NCBI GenBank assembly: GCA_903864375.1
Contig: CAIPFS010000043.1
Coordinates: 1 to 52,571 of the forward strand
Source: an uncultured Verrucomicrobiota bacterium
Lineage (GTDB): Bacteria > Verrucomicrobiota > Verrucomicrobiia > Limisphaerales > UBA9464
Direction: 5' to 3'
DNA length: 52,571 nucleotides
The notes beneath the pieces were generated by a model that saw nothing but the letters and a program-made list of their open reading frames with translations, had not been told where the DNA came from and ran no database searches. Below are positions 37,002 through 47,180 of this stretch, one piece after another. Each line of letters starts with the position of its first letter. The first letter of the stretch is position 1. A program made the position numbers and the translations under genes.

Positions 37002-40000
37002 CTATTTTGCGAAGACCGCGTTCTTGGGATCGCCGCCCGACTGAAGGTAGGCGACGAGGTTCAACACCTCGTCCTTGTTGAGGGGATTCAGGAGACCCGC
37101 CGGCATCAGGGAAATGGGGTACGGCTTGCGTCCCTTGACCTGTGCCAACTCTACCGTGGTGGATTCCTCGGGATTACGTGGATCAGCCACCACCACAAGT
37201 TTGCCGTTTTCCTCGTAGGCACGACCCACCAGGGTGGATCCGTCGGCCAGTTGGACTTCCTCGGACCCATATTGGTCGGAGATGACCTTGGACGGTTCGA
37301 TGATGTTTTCCACGAGATCGTGAAGCGTATAACGGGAGGCCACACCGGTCAGATCGGGTCCCACTCCGCCGCCGGCACCATTGAACCGGTGACAGGAGGC
37401 GCAGCCAGTGGAATGGAACAGGGCCAACCCGTTGTCATAACTGCGTCCATGGACGCCGTTGGACAGGACGGACAGAGCCTGATCAACCGTATAGGCCTGG
37501 CCGGGTCCCTTGGGGGCGGCGAATTCCGGTGAGCCACCTGCGGCAGCCTTGGTGGTGGACAAGGCCTCCATGGCCTGTCGCTCACTGGGGTCAGGAATGG
37601 TTGCGAGTGCGTCCTTGCGAATATTTTCGAGGAAGCCGCGGAAGCTGTTGCCTCCCTGCCAGGGTGCAGTCCGGGGGAACCAGCTGAAGAACGATTTCCG
37701 GAGGGCAGGGGTCCAACCCACCGTGGCCTCGCGCAGGAGGTAGGCAAAGGCGATTTGTTCCTGGTTGGGCCTGCTGGCGGATGCCTGGGCAAATGGTCCC
37801 GCATACCCGGAATTTCGGGCCAGGAGGGCGTCACTGGCATATTTGAGGTCGGCGTCATTGGCGGTGAGCATCAAGGGAACCGTCTTGGCAACCACACCCG
37901 GTGCCTTGAGGCGAATCAGCGTGCCGGCCAGCTCCCGATTCAGGAGGCGACTGGTCGACGGATAGAGGGCATCGAGCCGGTGAAGAGTCTCCGTCCAGGC
38001 CTCTCCCTCGGGAGATCCCAGGCGGATCAGGGTCAGTTGATAGGCACGAACCACTGCCAGGCGGGCAGCCTCATCCAGGGGACTCCAATCAAGTCGGTTC
38101 AAGGCGGCCAGGAGCCGATCCCGATGGGCTGGAGTCCCCACACGGGCGAGGGCAACGGCACCTTCAATGACCGCCCAGGGGCGCTTTTCGGTAAAGACCC
38201 GGTCCGCCCATGAATCGACAGGCTGCCGCTCAATGGCGACCCGCGCCGCGTAGCGAATCCATCGGTCCGGGTGTCCCAGATGGGGCCAGGACTGGACCAC
38301 TGCCTCGGGGCCGGCGGATTCCACATGGAAGGCTTCGAGTTCGCGGCGAATCTGGTGCTCGGGGGTCCGGGTCAGGGCTGGTGCTGGAGCCGTGGAGTCT
38401 GTGCCGACATAGGTCACTCGATAGACGGCGGATTGGGTTCCGCGACCGCCGATGGCGAAGTACAGGGCACCATCACGGGGATGGACCAGCAGGTCGGTCA
38501 GGGGAAGCGGACGACCGCTGATGAATTCCTCCTTCTCGGCATGGTAGCCAGCGCCCTCCGGCGTCAGGTGAATGGCATACATGGTCCCATAGGTCCAATC
38601 GTTGGCGAAAATGGCCTGCTGGTATCGGGCGGGGAAGCGGGCACCCTGACCGGATGCAACACCGGTGGGGCTGCCGGGTCCGATATCCACAAGGGCAGGA
38701 ACGCTGTCGGGGTAATAGGGCGGCCACTTTCCGGCACCGGAACGCCAGCCCAAATCGCTGCCGCTGGTGGCCAGACAGATGCGTGTGGGGCGGTACCAGG
38801 GCATCCCGGCGTCCCATTCCATGTCGGAATCGTAGGTGATGATATCCCCGAGGCTGTTGAATGCGAAATCGTATTCGTTGCGATAGCCCGAACTGACCAT
38901 CTCGAAGACCTTGCCGTCAGGGTCTGTTTTGCAGATGTAACCTCCGGGCGCAAGGATGCCGCGGGCGTGACCGTTGGCGTCCCAGAGGCGGGTGACCACC
39001 TGGTCCTCATTCCAAGCGTGGGCCGCCCGGGACAATTCCATGTGATCGGGGAGTTTGGTGTGATTGCCACAGGCGACGTAAATGGATTTGCCGTCGGGAG
39101 AAAGGACGATGGCGTGCGGGCCATGCTCACCGCCGCCATCGATGCGGCGCAGCAGCTTTTCCTCGTCAAATTGATCGTCACCGTCGGTGTCCCGCAACCG
39201 CCAGAGGCCCTGCCTCCCGCGTTGCTCATTAACCATGACATAGAGGCTGTTGAACGCGTACAGGAGCCCGTGGGCACCCCCGACGGAATTGGTCAGGCGT
39301 TCCACTGCGGTTGGAGAACTGGATCCGGGAGCCGGAAGGGTCAGCCGGTAAAGGCTGCCGTTCTGATCGCAGGTGATCAGGCGCCCCTTGTCGTCCACTG
39401 TCATGCTGACCCAGGAGCCTTGATCTGATTTGGGAACGGCATGCACCAGTTCGACACGAAATCCCGGCAACACATGAATTTCCGACGGATCGGTGGCACG
39501 GGGCGGAGCCGACGGAGCACCGGCACCCGCCAGGGCGTCCCCCCACGGATCGTCACCGTAGCGGCCCACCACCTTTGCCGCCTTCCAGTCGGCACGACCG
39601 GGCACGGTGGCCTCCCAGGTGGCATCGGTTACGAGCGAGGATTCCTTGCCGCTGGCCGGCTTGAAGACCAGCCGGGCGACCAGGCCGGCGATGTCGCCTT
39701 CATTTTTGCAATCGGCCTGAAGTTCGTGATGACCGGGCTTGAGCTTCGCAGTCAGTTCGATCCGGGTGGGTTGATTCCAATCGGCGTTGGTCAGGACCGG
39801 CTGCCCGTCGAGGGAGACCACGGCTCCATTATCGCAGGTGACGAAGAGGACCGCCTCGCGGAGCGGTTCCACCACATCAAATCCACGGCGCAGCTGTGCG
39901 GCGGCCTTGCTCCCGGGCCCCTCAGCCCATATCCAGGATGTCTCCGCAGCCAGTTGAAAAGCGGACCAGGACGAGAGAGCGAGAACCCCTCCCAGGAGGG

Positions 40001-40052
40001 CGGGTCTGAATCGGCGGAGGAACATCCCCAAGCTGACACCAAACCGCGTCAT
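37002..40052 (-). CDS. PVC-type heme-binding CxxCH protein (membrane-bound dehydrogenase-like beta-propeller + HEAT-like region + C-terminal cytochrome c)
   Basis: Signal peptide. Central propeller-like region. C-terminal GCASCHRFNGAGGGVGPDLTG... with a distal Met ligand region (ISLMPAGLL). Confidence 0.75.
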   Translation of the reverse strand: MTRFGVSLGMFLRRFRPALLGGVLALSSWSAFQLAAETSWIWAEGPGSKAAAQLRRGFDVVEPLREAVLFVTCDNGAVVSLDGQPVLTNADWNQPTRIELTAKLKPGHHELQADCKNEGDIAGLVARLVFKPASGKESSLVTDATWEATVPGRADWKAAKVVGRYGDDPWGDALAGAGAPSAPPRATDPSEIHVLPGFRVELVHAVPKSDQGSWVSMTVDDKGRLITCDQNGSLYRLTLPAPGSSSPTAVERLTNSVGGAHGLLYAFNSLYVMVNEQRGRQGLWRLRDTDGDDQFDEEKLLRRIDGGGEHGPHAIVLSPDGKSIYVACGNHTKLPDHMELSRAAHAWNEDQVVTRLWDANGHARGILAPGGYICKTDPDGKVFEMVSSGYRNEYDFAFNSLGDIITYDSDMEWDAGMPWYRPTRICLATSGSDLGWRSGAGKWPPYYPDSVPALVDIGPGSPTGVASGQGARFPARYQQAIFANDWTYGTMYAIHLTPEGAGYHAEKEEFISGRPLPLTDLLVHPRDGALYFAIGGRGTQSAVYRVTYVGTDSTAPAPALTRTPEHQIRRELEAFHVESAGPEAVVQSWPHLGHPDRWIRYAARVAIERQPVDSWADRVFTEKRPWAVIEGAVALARVGTPAHRDRLLAALNRLDWSPLDEAARLAVVRAYQLTLIRLGSPEGEAWTETLHRLDALYPSTSRLLNRELAGTLIRLKAPGVVAKTVPLMLTANDADLKYASDALLARNSGYAGPFAQASASRPNQEQIAFAYLLREATVGWTPALRKSFFSWFPRTAPWQGGNSFRGFLENIRKDALATIPDPSERQAMEALSTTKAAAGGSPEFAAPKGPGQAYTVDQALSVLSNGVHGRSYDNGLALFHSTGCASCHRFNGAGGGVGPDLTGVASRYTLHDLVENIIEPSKVISDQYGSEEVQLADGSTLVGRAYEENGKLVVVADPRNPEESTTVELAQVKGRKPYPISLMPAGLLNPLNKDEVLNLVAYLQSGGDPKNAVFAK

Positions 40053-40164
40053 TTATTCAAGCACCCAACCGACGGGGGATGAATGAATCGGTGGGGAGAC
40101 CTCTCAACGAAAAGAGCCGGGCGGAGTCACCGCCCGGCTCGCGTCATTGAAAGCAGGAAGACGA

Positions 40165-42366
40165 TCAGGCCGACTTGTCGGTCTTGGCCGTCTCCGGAGC
40201 CCCTTTTGAAACAGGAGCCCCCGATTTGGCGGGCTTCTTTGCGACACCGGTCGTCTTGTTCTTGTAATGGCTCGCGTAGTACCGGTTCTGGTAATAGTGA
40301 TAGCTGTAGTAGTAGCTGTCCTTGCCTTCGAAATCGATGTCGTTGAGGACCACTCCGACGACATGGATGCCGGCCTCCTGGATGCGCTGAATCGACCGGG
40401 AGGCGTGTTCCCGGCGAATTTTGTTAAACTTGGTGACGAACACCATGCCGTCCGACATGGCGCCGAGCACGAGGGGGTCGGCGACCGCCGAAACCGGGGG
40501 ACAATCGAGAACAACCCGGTCATAGCGATTGGAGACCTCCTCCAGGAATTGCAGCATCCGACGGGAGCTGATCAACTCGGAGGGGTTGGAGGGAACCGCA
40601 CCACAGCAGCAGATGTCGAGATTGGGGACTTCGGTCGAGTGGATGATTTCGTCCACGTTCTGGACCCGCTCCACCAGATAGGCTGATAGTCCAATTTGCG
40701 CCGGCTGTTCGAAGGCCTTGTGGACCGACGGGCGCCGCAAGTCACCGTCCACCAGAAGCGTCCGCAGTCCGGTTTGAGCCGTGACGATGGCGTAGTTGGA
40801 GGCGACGAGGGACTTTCCCTCCGAGGGAATCGTGCTTGTGACTGAAACGGTGCGGAGTTTGTCGCCGTTGCGGGCGAGAGAGATGGCCGCCCGCAAGGTT
40901 CGGAATCCTTCCGCGGGACCGGATGTGGGGTGGAGATGCGCCTGAAGGTCGCGCTCGATCATGCTGGAAGACTTGATGTTCGGAACGTAGCCGAGGAACG
41001 GCAGCTTGAGGTATTGCTCAACATCCTCCTGCGTCTTCACCGAGTCATCCAGGAAGCTCATCAGGAAGGCGAATCCGACGGCCACTGCGAGGCCACCAAA
41101 GGCACTCATGGCCAGGATCAGCGGGCGATTGGGCTTGGCCGGCACCACGGGCGTCGTGGCGCGATCCACAATCACCATGTTGTTCTGGGTGTCCTTGGAG
41201 TTGATGTCGAACTCCTTGGTCTTCGACAGAATCAACTGGTACATCGTTTCCGCCCGTTCCTTTTGACGTGCCAGCACATCAAATTTGGATTTGGCCTCAT
41301 ACAACTCCTCCATTCGCTTCTCCGCCTCGGCAAAACGCGCCTTGGTGTTTTCCAGCTTCTGTTGCTCGATGCTGGCCGCGGACAGAATGCCCTGAAATGC
41401 CCGGGCGGATTCTGCCTTCAATTTGGCGACGTCGACCTCCAATTCCCGATTGGCCTGCATCACGAGCGGGTATTTGTCCCGGTAGCGGGTCTTCAACCCT
41501 TCAAGACGGGCCTCATCCATCAGGACCTTGACCTTGATTTCAGAGACGGAGCGGTCGGAGGCGACCAGGGCATAGTCGGCCAGATCATGACCTTCGCTGA
41601 CCCAGCGTTTGCCCTCGGCGGCTTTGCGAACGGCATCGTCGGTGATGATCGCCTGGGATTCCACGTCGCTCCGCGCCTGGCGCAAACCGAAGGCATCGAC
41701 GTTGTCCATGGCCCGGTTGTCGTCCACCAGGGAAATCATCTTCTTCTCCTGACGATAGCGTTGGACCGATTCCTGGGCGGCGAGAAGTTCCGCTTCGGCA
41801 GACACGGCTTCCTGCTTCAGCATGCGGTATCCGGTCAGGGCGCGCAGGATCTTCCGGTCCTGATTCTGGGAAAGAAACATTTCCAGCAGGGTGTTGGCGA
41901 TGTCCTCGGCAACCCGCGGCTTGGGATGCAACACCTTGACCTCGACCAGCCGGGTCATGCGAACCGGGTCAATGGTGATGTCATGGCTGACCGCCATGGC
42001 GCGATCGATCGCCTTGGAGTAACGCGGGTCCTCGTCCAGTTTGAGCTTCTGGATGACCTGCTCAATCAGAGACCGGGAGACCAGATTCTTATACTGGGTT
42101 TGCAGGTATTCCTGATCCTTGTTGTTGGCCGTGATGACATCGCGAAGGCTGAGGACGCTTGCGATTTCCGGCTCGATTTCCAAACGGGCGACGGCCTGGT
42201 AAACGGGAGTGGAATTAAAGGCGACGAAACCACCACCCAGGACGAAAATCGCAAAGATGATGATGATCGCCCAGCGCCGTTCGAGGATGGTATGCCAGTA
42301 CTGCCGGAGATTCAGGCCTTCTTCGCCCCGGGGGGCGACCGTGGATGGGTTGGCGGAGTTGTCCAT
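40165..42366 (-). CDS. polysaccharide co-polymerase / BY-kinase (Wzc/GumC-like chain-length determinant + tyrosine autokinase)
   Basis: Wzz-like N-terminus with TM, a long coiled coil and a second TM. Walker A SEGKS in VTSTIPSEGKSLVASN. Tyr cluster SYYYSYHYYQNRYYASHY near the C-terminus. Confidence 0.85.
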   Translation of the reverse strand: MDNSANPSTVAPRGEEGLNLRQYWHTILERRWAIIIIFAIFVLGGGFVAFNSTPVYQAVARLEIEPEIASVLSLRDVITANNKDQEYLQTQYKNLVSRSLIEQVIQKLKLDEDPRYSKAIDRAMAVSHDITIDPVRMTRLVEVKVLHPKPRVAEDIANTLLEMFLSQNQDRKILRALTGYRMLKQEAVSAEAELLAAQESVQRYRQEKKMISLVDDNRAMDNVDAFGLRQARSDVESQAIITDDAVRKAAEGKRWVSEGHDLADYALVASDRSVSEIKVKVLMDEARLEGLKTRYRDKYPLVMQANRELEVDVAKLKAESARAFQGILSAASIEQQKLENTKARFAEAEKRMEELYEAKSKFDVLARQKERAETMYQLILSKTKEFDINSKDTQNNMVIVDRATTPVVPAKPNRPLILAMSAFGGLAVAVGFAFLMSFLDDSVKTQEDVEQYLKLPFLGYVPNIKSSSMIERDLQAHLHPTSGPAEGFRTLRAAISLARNGDKLRTVSVTSTIPSEGKSLVASNYAIVTAQTGLRTLLVDGDLRRPSVHKAFEQPAQIGLSAYLVERVQNVDEIIHSTEVPNLDICCCGAVPSNPSELISSRRMLQFLEEVSNRYDRVVLDCPPVSAVADPLVLGAMSDGMVFVTKFNKIRREHASRSIQRIQEAGIHVVGVVLNDIDFEGKDSYYYSYHYYQNRYYASHYKNKTTGVAKKPAKSGAPVSKGAPETAKTDKSA

Positions 42367-42389
42367 GGCGTTAAATTTCAGTTTAAATA

Positions 42390-43097
42390 TTAGAAAATGG
42401 TCCGCTCGACATTGATGACATCCCCGGGTTCGACGTAAACCCGCTGGCTCGGTTCTGAAACCCGGATGAGGTCGCGGTTCTTAAGCCGCAAAACCTGACC
42501 GGTCGCTGCCCGCCGGAGGGTGATGCCCTCCTTATCGGCGTCCCGGCTGAAGTCTCCGGCACCGCCGATGGCTTCCAGGACATCCATCCGGTGGTCGGGG
42601 ATGATCTGCACCTGTTGGGCATGATTCACAGCACCCATCACGGTCACGTAGTGAACGTCATACTGTTTGATGTCAACCGCCACCTGGGGATTGATGATCC
42701 AGTCCCGGTCCAGGGCATCCCGAATCTCGGCGGCGACATCCGCCGGGCTGCGCCCGATCACCTGAACGGTTCCAACGTACAACATTTCGATCCGTCCGTC
42801 CCCGTCGACCTTGACCTCCCGGCTGAGGTCCGGCTCTCCCACCACCCGAATCGCCAGGATATCGTTCACAGCGATCTTGCGGGCCCGGCGGGACTCATCC
42901 GAGACGCGGCTCGCAGAAGATGCCGCCGCTGTCGTGGCAGGGGGCGGGGTTGTGGAAGACGTTGCCGCGGGAGGATTGGACACTGGAGAAGTGGACACTG
43001 GAGAAGTGGCCTGGACGGCAGCATCCCCGGCACGAAGGGTCATGCTGGCGGGCGTCAGCAGGACAAGGAGGCAAAAAAGTTTGTTCGACATTTTCAT
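42390..43097 (-). CDS. polysaccharide export protein (Wza-like: Poly_export + SLBB)
   Basis: Signal peptide and a Ser/Thr/Pro-rich linker. Then VNDILAIRVVGEPDLSREVKVDGDGRIEMLYVGTVQVIG and a C-terminal PGDVINV. Confidence 0.8.
   Translation of the reverse strand: MKMSNKLFCLLVLLTPASMTLRAGDAAVQATSPVSTSPVSNPPAATSSTTPPPATTAAASSASRVSDESRRARKIAVNDILAIRVVGEPDLSREVKVDGDGRIEMLYVGTVQVIGRSPADVAAEIRDALDRDWIINPQVAVDIKQYDVHYVTVMGAVNHAQQVQIIPDHRMDVLEAIGGAGDFSRDADKEGITLRRAATGQVLRLKNRDLIRVSEPSQRVYVEPGDVINVERTIF
42978..43007. repeat. perfect in-frame 15-nt tandem duplication inside the Wza-like linker
   Basis: GGACACTGGAGAAGT occurs twice (42978..42992 and 42993..43007), encoding TSPVS TSPVS on the minus strand. 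Confidence 0.9.
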
Positions 43098-43110
43098 AAA
43101 CCTGGGGAAT

Positions 43111-44580
43111 TCAGAAGCCGATGGAGACCTGCAGAACCACCGTGTTGACCTGATAAGGCTGCAAGCCGTTCAAATTGGATCCAGCAAAGTAGGAATACGC
43201 CTGGTCGTGGTACTTGAAGGAGTACTCCTCATGATTGAATCCCAGTGAGGCTCGCAACCATCGATTCGGTGTGTAATTGAGGCTCAAACCGAGGGAATAA
43301 TCCTTGTCATTCCGTCCCGTCCGCACCGACGAGAAAATCGACACGGTGCCCGGCCCGGATGGCGTTTCTATCGGAAAGGGCACCAGCACCCCGGTGATGG
43401 TGCGGTCGGTGAGATCGATCAGGGAAGCGGACGCGTCGAATTGGACGGACCACTTCAAATCGGTGGAAATATACTGGATGGCCGAAAGCTTGACCTTGTT
43501 TTCAACCGAGGTCGTCGGGGTGGTTGCCGAGACGGAGGTGGACCGCGAACCCGTCAGCATGATCTGACTGTACTGGGTGGGGAGGTAGGTCAGGTCGAGG
43601 GCGATGACCGGCGAGCCCGTATCCTTGATGGCGGGGTTGTTGGGTACGGAGCGAAGCTCATACCCAAACCGGACCGTCCCGCTGAGACGGGTGGTGAACT
43701 GCCCGGTCGCGCCGAAACCGCCACCGTAAAAGGCGTTGTAATAGACTGTCGGCTGAAGGTCGGATGTCTTGGAGGGACTTTCCTGGCCGTAGTAGAAATC
43801 CCCGAACAGTTTCACCCGGGACGTCAGGATATAGGAGGTTCCCACGGATCCCTTGAACAACTCCGTGTTATAGAACCCTGATGTCGCGTCGTATTCAATG
43901 GCATTGTGATACGCCACCACATAGGGCCGGAGCCGCTCAGTGGCATCAAACGTCAGGGTATAACCGTCTCTCCAGGGCTGCCGGGCGATCAAAATCGTCC
44001 GCTGGGTGTTGGCAATTCCGATGAAGCTGGAAAGAAAGTCGAGCTGGTCCGTGCCCGTCAGATTCCACCGGTTGTAGGTGAGGTTGAGCCCCAGATTCAG
44101 GTGGTCCTGAGACGTGTTGAAGTTCGAGTGGCTGACGTACACCACTTGATCGTGGGTGTAACCAAACGTGGCATGATTGTAGTCGGTGCGGCCGTACTGG
44201 AGATCGAAGCCCGGACTGAAAAAAAGCAGGTCATCGCTCTCCGCCAGGCTGGAGGGGCGATATTGAAAGTTATCGGTGTAAATGGACACCATCGAGAAAC
44301 GGGGCTTCAACTGCCACCTGCCCCAGTCGTACTTGAGCAGGTCCTCCGCATGCCAGTCCGACCAAATCGAACGGTGGGCCGCGGGGTCCATGGAGGCATC
44401 CGTCGCTGCCGCCGGCTCGGTGCCTGCCTGGACAACCTCAGGCTTTGCGGAAGCCGGACTGCCGTCGCCTCCCGTCGAAGCCCCCAACGCCGCCGGGACA
44501 TCCGCCTGGCTGGAGCACGGTAAAATACCCAGGCCCAATGCCACGCCGACGGTCGTTAAGGTGCCTAAAAATGTCTCCAA
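43111..44580 (-). CDS. outer-membrane beta-barrel protein, first gene of the export trio
   Basis: TTG start at 44580 with signal peptide. Alternating Tyr/Gly-rich strands. Terminal ...VVLQVSIGF has the C-terminal Phe typical of OMPs. Confidence 0.65.
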   Translation of the reverse strand: METFLGTLTTVGVALGLGILPCSSQADVPAALGASTGGDGSPASAKPEVVQAGTEPAAATDASMDPAAHRSIWSDWHAEDLLKYDWGRWQLKPRFSMVSIYTDNFQYRPSSLAESDDLLFFSPGFDLQYGRTDYNHATFGYTHDQVVYVSHSNFNTSQDHLNLGLNLTYNRWNLTGTDQLDFLSSFIGIANTQRTILIARQPWRDGYTLTFDATERLRPYVVAYHNAIEYDATSGFYNTELFKGSVGTSYILTSRVKLFGDFYYGQESPSKTSDLQPTVYYNAFYGGGFGATGQFTTRLSGTVRFGYELRSVPNNPAIKDTGSPVIALDLTYLPTQYSQIMLTGSRSTSVSATTPTTSVENKVKLSAIQYISTDLKWSVQFDASASLIDLTDRTITGVLVPFPIETPSGPGTVSIFSSVRTGRNDKDYSLGLSLNYTPNRWLRASLGFNHEEYSFKYHDQAYSYFAGSNLNGLQPYQVNTVVLQVSIGF

Positions 44581-44722
44581 GCGCTGGGAGACTGAACGAA
44601 AACCATGGGCAAGTAAATAACAGAAAGGTTGTCGTTGCCCTTGGTCAAGAACTGGTTACAAACAGACGAAGCTTTGCCGTCGCACCCTTTTCTGCAACGC
44701 CTTCCATTGCTAGAGTCGCGCC

Positions 44723-45220
44723 ATGGTCATCGTCATCATGGGCGTCTCCGGTGCGGGCAAGACAACGGTCGGCTCCCGGCTGGCGGCGAAGTTGAACTGG
44801 ACGTTTCGGGACGGGGATGAATTTCATCCACCGGCGAACGTGTCCAAGATGGCCTCTGGGACGCCATTGACGGATGAAGACCGCTGGCCCTGGCTCGAGG
44901 CCATCCATGCCTATCTGGTGGCAACACTCGAAGGTGGCGGCGCGGCGGTCGTTGCGTGTTCGGCGCTCAAGGAAGAGTACCGACGACGCCTGTCCAACGG
45001 AGTGGCGGGAGTCCGGTTCGTCCACCTTTCAGGAACTCCCGAGCTCCTGGCCCAACGGATGGCGGCCCGCAAGGACCATTTCATGCCTCCCGGGCTCCTG
45101 GGAAGCCAGTTGGCCACCCTCGAGGCCCCGTCCGACGCCCTGGTGGTCAATATTTCGCTGTCACCCGACCAATTGGTGGATGAGATCATCCGTCGCCTGG
45201 AAATTCCGCACGGGTTTTGA
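44723..45220 (+). CDS. gntK: gluconokinase
   Basis: MVIVIMGVSGAGKTTVG P-loop, then FRDGDEFHPPANVSKMASGTPLTDEDRWPWL, typical of the GntK/IdnK family. Confidence 0.85.
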   Translation: MVIVIMGVSGAGKTTVGSRLAAKLNWTFRDGDEFHPPANVSKMASGTPLTDEDRWPWLEAIHAYLVATLEGGGAAVVACSALKEEYRRRLSNGVAGVRFVHLSGTPELLAQRMAARKDHFMPPGLLGSQLATLEAPSDALVVNISLSPDQLVDEIIRRLEIPHGF

Positions 45221-45377
45221 ACACTGACTCGACCATCGAGTCGAAGGACTCAACAAGCCGCCGATTCACAGGTCACCCCTTGACGGCAGGCCGTGGATCC
45301 GTTCTTTTTCCGGCACTTTTCCAAAGCTGGCGTGCGTCGGTGAAGGACAGGATTCAGAATACAATCGGATTGCAGTC

Positions 45378-46337
45378 ATGATCGTCGTCGAACATCTGAG
45401 CAAGGACTTTGGACCCAAACGGGCCGTGAACGATGTCTCGTTCACGGTTCAAAAAGGGGAGATTCTCGGCTTTCTCGGGCCCAATGGCGCGGGCAAGTCC
45501 ACCACCATGCGAATGCTGACGGGATTCATCCCCCCCACCGTGGGACGGGTGACCATCGGCGGCTTTGACGTGGCGGAAGACCCCATATCGGCCAAACGGT
45601 TGATTGGCTATCTGCCGGAAAGTGCTCCGTGCTACAGCGACATGACCGTCCATGGATTCCTGAATTTTGCTGCAGAAATCCGGGGAATTCACGGGGTCAA
45701 ACGCGAGCAGGCCATCCAGACGGCCGTGGGCCTCTGTTTCCTGGAGGGAGTCCTTCACCAGTCCGTGGACACCCTGTCGAAAGGCTACCGGCATCGAACC
45801 TGCCTGGCACAGGCGATCATTCACGATCCGGAGGTTTTGATTCTTGATGAGCCGACGGACGGTCTCGATCCGAATCAAAAGCATGAAATCCGCCTGTTGC
45901 TGAAGCGTTTCGGACAGAACAAGGCGATCATCTTTTCGACCCACATCCTGGAGGAGGTCGATGCCGTCTGTTCACGGGCCATCATCATCGACCGCGGTCG
46001 TGTGGTGGCCAACGGAACACCTGCGGAACTGCGGGCCCGCCACAAGCTGGCTGGAACCGTGGCCCTCAAGACCCATGGCGTCGCAGGGGAGAGCATCAAA
46101 TCGCGGCTCTCCACCCTGGGAGTCGTCGGCCGGGTGGAAACCGAGGGAACCGGATCGCACGTCCTGGTCCGCGTGTTCCCACGCGACAAGTCGGTCAATA
46201 GCGAGTTGGCCAAAGCCGTTGCCCAACTGGCGGCACGGGAAGGCTGGAGCTTTGAAGACCTGCGAACCGAGGAGGGACGCCTCGACGAGGTGTTCCGAAG
46301 TATCACGCTTCCGGATACCGTCAAACCGTCCGAGTAA
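45378..46337 (+). CDS. ABC transporter ATP-binding protein (GldA-like, ABC-2 type)
   Basis: Walker A GPNGAGKST, signature LSKGYRHR and Walker B VLILDEPTDGLD. Confidence 0.85.
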   Translation: MIVVEHLSKDFGPKRAVNDVSFTVQKGEILGFLGPNGAGKSTTMRMLTGFIPPTVGRVTIGGFDVAEDPISAKRLIGYLPESAPCYSDMTVHGFLNFAAEIRGIHGVKREQAIQTAVGLCFLEGVLHQSVDTLSKGYRHRTCLAQAIIHDPEVLILDEPTDGLDPNQKHEIRLLLKRFGQNKAIIFSTHILEEVDAVCSRAIIIDRGRVVANGTPAELRARHKLAGTVALKTHGVAGESIKSRLSTLGVVGRVETEGTGSHVLVRVFPRDKSVNSELAKAVAQLAAREGWSFEDLRTEEGRLDEVFRSITLPDTVKPSE

Positions 46338-46409
46338 TCGCTCCACCGTCTGCTCGCAACCCCCCGGAAAAAGGTTGGGAGTCCCCTTTCATTTATCTCC
46401 GCAAGTCCC

Positions 46410-47156
46410 ATGAACGAGTCCCTGCGCAATATTCTGACTGTCGGCAAGCGTGAGCTCTCCGGCTATTTCAATTCCCCGGTCGCCTACGTTTTCATTGTCA
46501 TCTTTCTCTCCCTGAATGGTTTTTTCACCTTCATGCTGGGCAATTTGCTCGAGCGCGGGGAGGCCAATCTGGATGCGTTCCTGATGTGGCATCCCTGGCT
46601 GTACCTGTTTCTGGTTCCTGCCGCCGGCATGCGCCTCTGGTCGGAGGAGCGACGGGTGGGCACCCTTGAATTGCTGCTGACGATGCCTATCGCAGCCTGG
46701 GAAGCCATCGTGGGTAAATTCCTGGCGTGCTGGGTCTTCATTGCCCTCGCCCTCGGACTGACCTTCCCGGTCATCTTCACGGTGGGCTATCTGGGCCACC
46801 CCGACTATGGCACCATCCTCACCGGGTACCTCGGGAGTTTCCTGCTCGCCGGCACCTACCTGTCCGTGACCGTCATGACCTCGGCCCTCACCCGCAATCA
46901 GGTCATCAGTTTCATCCTGTCGGTCGTGGTCTGTTTCCTCCTCATCTTTGCCGGCTGGCAACCGGTCACGGGGCTACTGGTCCAGTGGGCACCCGAATGG
47001 CTGGTGAACATCGTCAGTTCCCTCAGTGTCATGCCGCACTTCACCACCTTCTCGCATGGGGTCATTGACCTTCGCGCCTTCGCCTTCTTTGGCAGCGTCA
47101 TCACCTTCTGCCTCTTTGCCAACAGCGTGATTCTCCGCGGCCTGCGCGGAGCCTGA
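46410..47156 (+). CDS. ABC-2 family permease (GldF-like)
   Basis: 248 aa with six hydrophobic helices. Lies directly after the ATPase. Confidence 0.75.
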   Translation: MNESLRNILTVGKRELSGYFNSPVAYVFIVIFLSLNGFFTFMLGNLLERGEANLDAFLMWHPWLYLFLVPAAGMRLWSEERRVGTLELLLTMPIAAWEAIVGKFLACWVFIALALGLTFPVIFTVGYLGHPDYGTILTGYLGSFLLAGTYLSVTVMTSALTRNQVISFILSVVVCFLLIFAGWQPVTGLLVQWAPEWLVNIVSSLSVMPHFTTFSHGVIDLRAFAFFGSVITFCLFANSVILRGLRGA

Positions 47157-47180
47157 TCCATCCTTCTTCCTGTCGCATCT

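Noticed and set aside
36643-37081. ORFs 36643..36912(-) and 36713..37081(+) in the long spacer upstream of the SPFH gene.
   Set aside because: No family resemblance. One overlaps the operator-like palindrome and the other overlaps the 3' end of the heme-protein gene. The region is better explained as promoter/operator plus terminator hairpins, although an sRNA cannot be excluded.
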